Assembly: GCA_977862235.1 (NCBI GenBank)
Contig: OZ374559.1
Location: 1,364,001 to 1,428,000, forward strand
DNA length: 64,000 nt
Source of the DNA: Dudresnaya verticillata
Taxonomy: Eukaryota
Direction: 5' to 3'
In this document: positions 34,287 to 44,745 of the stretch, piece after piece
How positions within the stretch are numbered: position 1 is the stretch's first letter
How the letters are laid out: every line of letters begins with the position of its first letter
Program-made: the position numbers and the translations under genes
Notes under the pieces: generated by a model
What the model saw: only the letters and a program-made list of their open reading frames with translations
The model's database searches: none
Told to the model about the DNA's origin: nothing

Positions 34287-37200
34287 ATGAATTCTGCACC
34301 AGAGGGAGTTGCGCGATTCCTTGTTGATGGTGAAGTTTCAGCTCGAGTTGGGTCCTTGCTACAGAATACCGCAAACGCCTCTGGCCGCGGTCCAGAACAT
34401 TTCCCCGGGCAGCTATTGTTGGAACGTAATGCGCCGTTATCGCGTGGAATGCTTCGGAGCCTCACCGCAACTCTGAACTCCTCTGTTCCTTTACGAAGCA
34501 GGGATAGCCTCTTGGAAGGCTGATATGCAATGACTGGCACAAGTGTTGAGTAGAAGGTCACGAAATTTGCGAGGTCTAATCCGACCTCGTTTTCATTCGG
34601 TCCCCGCTCTAAGCGAGAGGTTATAGCAGACCCTTGCTCTGCGTCTTGGAGTACCCCTGCGGGAATATTTTCCTTCTCAGATGGCACTAGGCTGCGAAGG
34701 GGCGGAAGTTTCAATTCAGGAGGGCGCAGAAGGGAGGCAACAGATGCGATAAGGTCTCAATACCCGTCCAGGAGTAGGTCTGTTTTATTTGGACACCTTC
34801 TCGGAATTTATGGTAGTGAAGAAGGGTTAGTCACCATGCTCCTTTCCATTCTCACCGAGGAATGCCCCACGGTGAACCTAGCGGTGTTGTCACAGATGAA
34901 ACAGGACTTACAACAACTCTTTCAAGACTGTTCAAAAGTAACATGTAGAGGTTTGGAGGTGATACCGGGACCGCATATCGCACTTTGTGCTCGCTTCTCT
35001 ACATCGGCATCCACAAGACCATCCGGAGGACAGGGGAGGGCTTCAAAGTCAAAGGAACGCCACACTGCTGCACTTGGATTGATAGCGCTGGGTTCGGTCG
35101 GTGTTCTTGTATCGGACAGACAGAGAACAGAATGCTACTCGTCTCCGACGGTTTTGAGAAGAGCTGCTGTGATCATGTAACAGCAATCTACACTTTGTTA
35201 GACAATCTCGCATCTATTTCTAGTAATGCAACGGTGTTATCAAGAAGCGTTTGTGGGAAAATATTGACGAGACTTGCCCGTGGTGCTTACGAAGACGGGT
35301 ATATGAAGGATTTGTACAGAGCCTTCCTATGCTTTCGGTACACCATAAGTCAAAGGTATCTGTTGTAGCAAGGAAGGAGGGAGGCAGCAATTCCGAGCCT
35401 TGCTTCGTACCATTGCGATGTGTCTCGCCAGATGGAAGCCACTTTCTTTGCGCGTTTTGTGACACTGAGATTGATAGTCGCCATTGCCAGCATGTAACAG
35501 AACTGAGAGCGCTCTCCGCGGGTGAGCCCCCCGTGATTGAGTTCTTCTCCGCAGGCAGTGCTTCGACGCTGCGATCTGGTCCTCTACCAGGCGGTTTAAA
35601 TTGGACCCCATGGATGATGTGGAGTCTGAGTCTACGTACCCCTTGTCCATCGTCATCTGTTCTGCAAGTATTCGTATTGATCGTCTCGTTGCTCAGCTGT
35701 ATCAGATGGGGCTGCCATACGTAGTCTCAGCTCCAAGCATTTGCTCCACTTGCGGTTCGGTTTGAGTGGAATCTACTCGACGCTTTCGAGAAGGCATCGT
35801 GCTGTCCACAGGCGGAAGCTGTCGAATGCATGTTGAAGACTATGACTGTAGCAAGCAGGACTGCACGGCGACTGTTCATTCCGAGGGCCGATATCACTGG
35901 ATCCTCTTGCTTTCACTCTCGTCTGCGGCGACACACGTACTCCTACGAAGAGAGCTGATTGGCGTAGTTCTAAACAATGGGACGCTTAACAGTTGAATGA
36001 GTCAGTACTACTCCGAGGTCGTAGCAAATGTGGACGCTGGACTTGTCCCTGGCATACAACTTGGGAATGAAACCACATCTGGTGTTCATGATAGGTGGAA
36101 GGCACAGCTGGTATCAAACTATGAATATTTCATGCCGCAGCTGTCCCCTTCCTTGAGACAGGTAATCTCTCAGTTCTTAGAATCTAACGGAGGGTCAGAA
36201 GCATTGTTGCATAGCATGCGCAATGTGTGGCTAGAAGGGATGAATGTCCAACCCGAGAAGCAAAGCTTATCACACGTTACAGATGGCGACACCAATATCC
36301 TCGGGCATCACCGGAAGTGGAGAACGACAGCTGCTACACAAGATGTGCAAGGGGATGTGCCAGCTAATGACAATGACCCCAGAGCCAAGTCTTTTTACCT
36401 GTGATACATGCGTCGGCGAGAATGGGAGACTTCATGCTGTCTGCACCGACGGAATCTGGAGTGGGTATCAGAAAAAGTTGGCATGTCCGTTCTAAAACAT
36501 CTCACAGTCGTGTGAGCCTTTGAACCCTTCCGGTAATTCTGGTAATATGGGCAGAACACCGAAGGGCCCCATCGCCGGATTGCTGTGCCGTGAACGAACT
36601 GCTGTGTTTCTAGAACTTGCATTGAAGGGTTCTCCTTGCATTGATGTCTCTAAATCAAGTGTTTCGTCAGCAGTATCGGCAATTCGCTTAGCAGACCCAG
36701 ATATTATTCCTCACCAGTATTGCTCCGAGTCAATGTGTGGGAAGAATGCCCATGATCACTTGGACGACATTGGAGAACAAGATGTGCTTTATCATCTGCG
36801 TACGTTGACTCGAACGGTGTTTGACGCCAGTGTGGTATGTGTTCGTTTGTGCAGGGCGTTGCTGAAATATTTGCGGTCTTGCAAATCAGAGTCACAGCGG
36901 CGGAAGCGAAAGAGTAGCGACACCGGCAGTCGAGCCTCTACAGAAGTGCCGTTGCAGAAGAGGGTGAAAGACGCTATTGTTCGCTTCATCACATCATGCA
37001 GTCCAGAGAAGCTTGCAACGGCGGGAAGGCAGCAGGTTTGTTGGCACACAAGGCTTGGTGCCGTTGACAGCTCCGAAACGCAAGCATTACTGAAGGATTT
37101 GCTGTCTATGTTCCGAGTGCTTATTCTTTCTCCTGGTCCGCAGATGATCGCCCGTGCACATCTCCCTAGTTTACGAAAGGTAGCTAAGTGTTGTGCCGAA

Positions 37201-38240
37201 GTTTCTGACGGAAACGAGGCATTCCATGACATACAGAACATCTTCTCTGCAGAAGGTCCGCTAGCTTGCTTCGGGGAAAAAATGTCCTTCTGCACTTACG
37301 CTTGTTGACAGCCGGATTGTTGAGTGTAATCGAGTGTGAATGGTATTTACCTGGTCTGACGAAAGCGATTGGTAGGACGCTTGAGGACATTTGTCGTCGC
37401 ATATCGGAATGGTATGCGGTTTATGACAACTTGCCACGGACGTCTTGCTCAGCAGCAGAGTCTGCTGTTGAATGGAAGAGTAAGAGACAAGAGGAACTTC
37501 GTATCAAGTACCTTGCCTTGCCGGGAGCGAGTGATCTGGAAGGGCCGGTTCCAAATGGCTATGTTACGGCATGCAGAACAGGGGTGTTTTTCCCTGCGCA
37601 TCCTCAACTGCGGCCTTTGGCATTTTCGGATCAGTTAACGATGCATTCCAATGTGGACGTTTTTGGTGTTTGCTCTAAAGGATATCTTCAGAAGAAAAAT
37701 ACGTTCATGCCGGGTGCATTGACGTTTTGTTGCTCTTGTGCCCATCCCGTTGTAATGGGATTTCGTGTGCTCTATAGGAATGAGGGCCCGCGCGCCGTCC
37801 TTGACGTCATTCAGTCTCGATTTGCTGACCCACCACGAAATATTCTGTATGATTTTGCATGCGGCGTTTATGGTAGTGCTGCGCACACACTATGGTGGGC
37901 AATTGACGACACAACAATATCCTCTGACGCCTTGCACAGCTTAAACCACAATTGTTCCCCAACGTTCACACCAGTAGCTCACAACGAGTTGAACATGGTT
38001 AACGCTGTGGCTCAGGAACAGAGAAATCGCGGAATCTCATCCATCGAGTCAAGCCTTCGTTACTGCGGGCAAGAACTTTACATCGCGCTACTGGCTTACC
38101 ATACATCTATCCTTAACCTGCGAGCGAAGACTAAGGCTTCTCCTTCATTCGGCAACAGAGAGGTCGACATTTCCGAGAAGGATCTTGAATGGGCTTATTT
38201 CCATTGCCTTAAAATGAAGTATTTGTGCTGCAGTTCTTAG
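34287..38240 (+). pseudogene. KDZ-superfamily (Kyakuja-Dileera-Zisupton/HMGXB3-like) DDE transposase with SWIM-like and CxC Cys clusters, frameshifted
   Basis: SWIM-like FLCAFCD..HCQHV. CxC-like ICSTCGS..DCSKQDC. First Asp in FTCDTC..VCTDG. Then GVFFPAHPQLR, CSKGY..PGALTFCCSCAHPVVMGF..EGP, ILYDFAC, D..H..NHNC and N..AQEQRN. The 5' start is uncertain. Confidence 0.8.
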
Positions 38241-38569
38241 CACGGTATGACAATGTTCTTGGATGTTGAAGCAACGTTTTTATACTTTTTTTATGCCTGT
38301 GATTGTTTCTTTAATGCTGTCGAGGCAAATGGAATATTATCCCACAAATTGATTTGAAAGGAGCACTACGACCTTGCTGAACTGCTACACCGCCTCAGCG
38401 CCAATCCGTTTCTACACACCTCACTCACAATCCACCCTCTCGGTGAACCTTGGTAACAGCAAGAATAACCCTGGGCTCGGAAGTATGCCCATCCATTCCC
38501 CGCTATTGCTTTGTTCAAATCCTGAAGGATGCATGCCACACATGCAACCAAGTGTAGATTCATGAATAT

Positions 38570-38671
38570 TGTGTGCGTGCGGCTTATTCCTATTGTATCA
38601 AACTGCTACTCAGACGTCATATGACGTCTAAGTAGCAGTTTTATACACTAGGAATAAGCCGCACGCACACA
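38570..38671. repeat. 102-bp zero-spacer palindrome (51-bp arms, 3 mismatches)
   Basis: TGTGTGCGTGCGGCTTATTCCTATTGTATCAAACTGCTACTCAGACGTCAT|ATGACGTCTAAGTAGCAGTTTTATACACTAGGAATAAGCCGCACGCACACA. Confidence 0.97.
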
Positions 38672-39486
38672 GTCACGCAGTAGAGCACACAGGTTAGTTC
38701 GAAGGGACAAGCGCGGGAGCGCGGCAGAGCGTGAGCGAGAGCGGGAGTGCGGCGGTGAAGAGAGAGGAGAGAGAAGGAGTAAAGCACCCAGACGCCGAGT
38801 CATATCGGCCCGTGCTAAGCTCTTGTCTCCCCTACTCAGACGTCATTTCGTGGTTCGTCACTGTGCCAAAGGAGTACTAGCTCTTTTCTCCGCTATAGCG
38901 GCTTTCAAGTATGCGTACAGGCAGTCCCGTTCGCGAGCCAAATTGGTATTTTTGCGGACAGTATTGACTTGGCGTAACATAGAATATCTGTGACGATATT
39001 GGGCAAGATAATATTGGGTTGGTCCCACAAACACGTGATGTCCGAATATTCTATTTCACTACATCTTCCAACATCCACATCTTCAATTTCCTACCTACAT
39101 AACACACAAATACTAATTTGAGGCTATTGGTAAACGCATAGGGGCTGGACGGGTGGATGTGTGCAACTCGGACCGAGAATGTACTGAGGCAACACACCTG
39201 TCATGTGCCTTTTGAAATATGGTTGATTTTTCGGAGGAGGAAGGCTGCGCTCATTGGAATCTCGAGTTCTCCTCCATACCGTAATAGAGCCGTTCAGCAT
39301 CACTCAGACGACGTGTGAAACAACTGCTTCTCTCTCTTGCTCCAAGGCACCATCTTCTGAAGAAGAGTGTGGTTTGAGCACGGATCTGCTCTCGCCATCT
39401 ACCTTCTTCGATTTGTGCATAGCGCTGCATGACAACTCTTCTTTTCTATTTCTTGCAAGCGGCTTATTACTTTCTATCTGTGCACA

Positions 39487-41621
39487 GTGCATGCACTGCG
39501 TACGGTCAGCCTTGACTTGAGTAGGTACCCGTTTCTGCACTGCACAGATATCTGCACACCTACGATGACTATTCGACACACTGGGGCCATTGCTACCCAG
39601 GCCCTCAACTGTCTCAGTTGGGTTTACGGAAACTCATGGGAAGAAGAGAGCATGCCGCGTGACGTTGCTGCAGTCGCATTAGCGTTGACGACGGCGATTT
39701 CTGCTTGCATGTTTGTGGAAGACGCGATGAATGCGAGCCGCAATCAAGGAAGTGGTTCTGTTTCGCTTCTGCTGTTCGCGAGAGCAGAAAAACTGGTGCA
39801 ATCCCCTACCGGCTCTAGGAACAACAGCAGGGCCAGCCCTGGAATTTTGCGGAAGAACTTTTATCTCTGGGGTCTGACAGAGTACTCTGATGCTGTGGAG
39901 GAAAGGGAAAGTTACAACACGCCAAGGAAAGAGGATGAAGATCCCAACCTGAGCTCAGTCCTCACTGCAGGAGAGGTTGCGCGCAATGATATAAGCAATA
40001 CAGCGATTCCTCTTGATCCTTCTGAGATATTGTCCAGAAGCCCAACTGAATTGACAATTGACCCAAATGCTAAGTCATCAGGCATACGGGCTCCGGATCC
40101 ATGTACCCCCGCTCATAGTAGCACACCGCGTATAATTACAGACCAGATGGAGAGAGGTTCGCAGGGGGAACGCTCAAGAGGCAAAACTCCTGGCCCGGGA
40201 ATATGGCTGCCTCCGTCCTTGGGGGGAGGAGCAGAGCTGATACGAGGAGTGGCCGAAGAGAATAGGTTGACTGAATTACATTCAAAGGACGTGTTCAGAA
40301 TCCCCGATGAGGTATCCTGCATGCTCACTTCCTATCTTCTCGACGCTTTTGGACACGCTAATCACACAGGAAACCTCGACGAGTCCGGATATAAGTATGA
40401 AACCATCCAATATCTTGAGATTCAACAAGCTATTGCCGCATTTCATGAGGTTGAGTATAGCCGCCGCATGGCGGAAGTTTCCGAGGGTGCCCAGGAAAAG
40501 AAAAAGGATATCACTGACCTCATGTACAAGAGCTTGGTCCCGGAGCAGCTCTTCGGAAACAGTATTTCCAGTATTTCCGTCCCTTTTGTGTCTTTGCGGC
40601 ATAGCTTCGAGATACTCTAAGGAACTAAAACGAACCGTTGTCTCTTCTTTCAACGTAAGAACTAGGAAGGTTTTGAATCTGCAGATTTCTAAACCAGATC
40701 GGAACAGCAAGGACAAAAATTTCTCCATGTTGTGCGTTGATGTTTTTGTTCGGGCGAGGATAGCAGTGCTTTAATGGCCTTGAAGAAGTTGGCTTTTAAA
40801 GGGAGAACTAACGTTGCACGTTGTGCACTACATCTTGCAGCAGCGAAGTCTAATTCCGCCAAATCCAAGAAGGGTAATGTCAGTGCAGTGCAATCTTCCG
40901 GCGGTGGTAACAAGTATCTTCAGGAAGCTGGTGATCATACCACAACCCAGCATGGGAATCTCTCGGGAAATATCGCCACGACTGTATGCGGCGGACCGGC
41001 AGCATGCGTTATGAAACCACGGGCTGTCTGTACTCTAATACCCCGGTCTCAGATAACAAAATTGTTGAGGTTGGTGTTGGTATGATATACCCATTGGTGA
41101 CGTTTATGGATGCGGGGATGATCCCTACGGACTCGGTCATGGCGCGTTTTAATTCCATCTTTAACTCGGAGAGCATAGATGCGGATATTAAATCGAAGGC
41201 TATGTCGCGGCCAGTTTTGTGGAAGTGGAATGGTGTGAAGAGAGTTATTGCAATGGGCATGTATAACCACCCGGTTGGTACTTGCATCATTGTCGAAGAA
41301 AAACCGTGGGATGCTGCAGGGACCTGCTCTACGTCACTAAGAACCCGAAAAAGAAGGCGTCACTTCACGATGGGAGTAGAACTCTCAAGAGCTGTTGTTA
41401 TATGCGGACTGCAATTGAATAATAATGTGCATGGAGACACTCATTATCCTTACTCTGAATGGTACGACAGCCAAAGAGCCAAGTCGTTTCTCCTGTCCCA
41501 TTTTCCAGGCGGTAGTGTCCCGACAAAATTGACCGACGCAGTTGGTTCCACTTGCCTGCTATGGGATGGGGCCATGATCAAAAATGATACACTGGAATGC
41601 AGGTTTACAGAGATGGTATGA
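39487..41621 (+). pseudogene. Uncharacterised protein, split across overlapping frames
   Basis: Consecutive plus-strand ORFs 39487..40620, ..40774, 40774..41085 and 40986..41621. No recognised domain. A possible splice donor GTATGA at ~41616 points toward the Pif1 ORF. Confidence 0.55.
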
Positions 41622-41898
41622 GCTTTGTGTTCACAAATTAAGAATTTCTTTTTTGCACCCTTGTATCTCGTATTACGATCTGCACGTACTGTCCTCTCTC
41701 TAAAGTCCTAGAAGACACTAATTTTCGCGCCAAATGGAGTATTACTGTTTTTGGTACATGTGTCATCCATGGCAATCCTTCGTGCATGGAAGAGAGATGA
41801 TGAAATTTGTCTGCCACCATAGTCAGGTCGACTTTGTGCTTTGCCTCTCCAAGTCGTATTCAAGGATCCTCTCAAGTCAATCGTGTTATTTCCAAAGA

Positions 41899-43309
41899 AT
41901 GCAGGCGTTTGGGGTTAACCTAATTAGATCCGGGGATGACTCTGATTGCGACCATGGCCAACTACTCGATGCTACGCAGAACAAGATACTCGATGCGTTC
42001 ATGGCTAGGAGAAGTGTGGCAATAATTGGTGGAGCAGGATCGGGGAAAACATTCTTGCTTCAAGAAATAGTTAAACGTGCTTCAAGTGCTGCTGGAGGCG
42101 TAATGGGGGTGGCAGTCAGCGCTTATGCAAATGAGGCTGCCACAAGGATCGGAGGTTGTACACCTCACTCGCTTTTTGGTGCCAAAGCCGGATGGCCTGC
42201 ATGGACTAAAGATCTTCTATGGAAGTCGCTGAAAGATTTTCCGGCCAAGATACGACGGTTGCGAGATATTCGGATTCTCATCATAGATGAAGTTTCCATG
42301 ATAAAGAACGAGATTGAAGCCATTGAATTCGTTCTGAGAAAGCTTACTGCGTCGGAAGAGGAAGGTGCCCGGCCATTACGCGGACGTCAACTGGTAGTCC
42401 CGGGCGATCCATTTCAACTTGAACCGATAGATGTATGTGACGGGAGCTGTTTGTATCAAACGTTTTTCGAGTCGCGAGTTTGGTTCCTAACATTCACAGC
42501 GTATGGAGACGGTGTCGTTGGGATTCTGGATGGAAACCACCGACAATCAAATGATACCGAGTTTTACCGAATGCTTCGCAGGATTAGGTACGGAGGAGTG
42601 ACGGAAGAGGGCTGCAGCACGCTTAACCGGACGAGCGCAAATTCTAAAATGGAACCCCCCGCTGGTCACACGCGCCTCTATCTAAGGTACCAGGTTGCCA
42701 AGATCAACAAAGAACGACTCGCAAGACTGCCTGGTGAGCTAGTGCGTTTCGAAGGGAGAGATAGCATCATTTCATCTTGCAATGTACAAGCGCTTCAACG
42801 CCGCCTTGAGATGATGGCTAGCGAAGTAGTTCAGCTGAAAGTTGGCTGTACAGTGATTCTGACGAGAAAATGCGGTGAACACAACCTGGAACTCGTTGGA
42901 AGGTTGGAGGCTTTGGCTCCGGTGGTGGACAGGGAAAAATCCAAGACGCGATAGTAACATTGGAGTCATGGAGAGCTGAGAGTGAGGGTGATCGTATACA
43001 TGCGTCTGATGTTATTAATGTCAAGGCAGTTGGATTCCAGGTTCACGGCAATGATCTGCGCGTCATAGGTACTAAGTACAAATTCCAGTACTAGTTGCAT
43101 ATGCCATGAAGATCCATAGAAGTCTGGGTATAGGTTTGGATGCTGTTGCCATTGACTTCACTGGGGAGACGCAGTGGAAACCAAACGGGAATGTCTACGT
43201 TGGACTCTCCCGTTGCAGGACCTTGATCGGGCTGTGGGTGAAGGGATTGAAGACAGATATCGTTTCTGTTAGTTGTAGGGGAGGAAAGTTATGGAGACAA
43301 TTAAGATGA
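41899..43309 (+). pseudogene. Pif1-family SF1B DNA helicase, frameshifted near the C-terminus
   Basis: IIGGAGSGKTFLL, AA..IGGCT.HSLFG, LIIDEVSMI, GRQLVV.GDPFQLEPI, NHRQSNDTEF..ML.RIRYG, LKVGCTVIL, AYAMKIHRSLG, VYVGLSRCRTL.GL. Confidence 0.88.
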
Positions 43310-44566
43310 TTCGTGAAAACCTACCCGATCGAATTATTGGAGAAGAAGCACTCGATAGGTACTTGGAGGAGATCAGGCATGACAAAGAGAACAACCTGGT
43401 CTGTCCAGTCGCCCTACCCGCGAAACGAACAAGGGAAGTGCTCCATGCATCTGGACACAGTAGGAGTGTCACAGGGGATACCCTAACTTCTAATCAATAC
43501 TCGATGGTTAGACGGACTGGAAAACGAATGTTGAGTCGCGCTGCTCTAACAGACACATCCCAAAATTCATCGGAGTAAGGGAAGTCCCTTCGATTAATGA
43601 AACTGAAACGTTCATGGTCGTACATTTCTTCGTATCCATGAAAACATCAGAACAGCCAAGACGTACCCAAGTTTTTTTATTGCGGCGACTGCTGATGTAT
43701 ATTGTGTGACAGATGTCCACACGGTGCATCCCTCTACACTCTCTTCCCCGGTGAGTGTTCTGTGCTTCTGGTCTTGTGTGCTCTGCTCGTGTGCTGTACT
43801 CTTGTACGCGAAAGGCAAAGTAATTAGGTAATGTAGTTTGTAGCGTAGAAATCAATTCCTCGTAAGGTAAACATTGGGGTTTGTACCACTTAGGATTCAT
43901 AGCTACCGTACCAACAACTACCTTCCTTTTGGTAGACAAAGGTAAATTCACCAACCTGTTTTTGCTCCAACTGATACAGGTGGCGGTTATCCATTTCACA
44001 CTGCATACTCATTGCGATTAACTCATTGCGTTTCTAATTCATTCAGAAATTACCGCAATGTTTAATATGTTTGAGAAGCCATTCTCGTGTCTTAAACTCG
44101 AATACAGTGTTGTTGAATGTTTTCTGTTGCAAAACCATCGCTTGGTAGATTGTGGTGTTTGAAAGATTCTTAAATGCCAGTTTATGATTTTTGTAGAGGC
44201 TGTCTGCTTTTATTCAATGGAAGTACAACAAGAATGTTTAAATATTGGTAGAGAATGTTCGCGTGAATTATTCACAGAAAATACGAATTGAATGTTTAAT
44301 AAATTGGAACACGCTTTCAGATGCATGTAATTCCTAAAAATGGCAATTAGAGTGTTTAATAGATGTAGAGCATCTTTCTATCTTTTTCAAGTCTTGTAAA
44401 GTGTGTATGGAATTTTTGTACTTCATTAGCGAAGAAGAATTAAAATGTATTCATCAAGAGTTAAGAACCAGTTTTTTATGTACAGTTCTGGGGGGGAATG
44501 ATCGAAACGGCGGCGAATTGCTGTGGCTTTTTCACCGCAGCACTGCAGGCCCAGAGGCTTGGAAGG

Positions 44567-44745
44567 CCGACAGCTCGAACCGCAATAACCGTCGGGCACC
44601 CGACGGCTCAAACCGCAAACGCCGTCGGGTACGTTCTATTTTGGGACCCCGCCGGCTGATCACGGTATACCGTCGGGTAGAAACTCTGTTCGAACCGTCG
44701 GGCCTGTATTGAGCCGGTGTAGGCCGACGGCAAGTCTGTCGACGG
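44567..44745. repeat. Cluster of CCGTCGG/CCGACGG motifs in both orientations (subterminal-repeat-like)
   Basis: Exact copies at 44589, 44600, 44622, 44670, 44695 and 44724, plus near-copies at 44567 and 44739. Confidence 0.7.

Noticed and set aside
32534..38588. 20-bp perfect inverted repeat as TIRs of a 6-kb KDZ element
   Set aside because: There is no TSD in the flanks. The left copy lies in the helicase gene leader and the right copy is inside the palindrome, so the shared motif explains it better.
20833..43578. Endogenous giant virus/Polinton, or TET/JBP cargo as in fungal KDZ elements
   Set aside because: I recognised no capsid, packaging ATPase, PolB or 2OG-Fe(II) dioxygenase motifs by eye. 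The unassigned ORFs cannot be fully excluded without profile searches.
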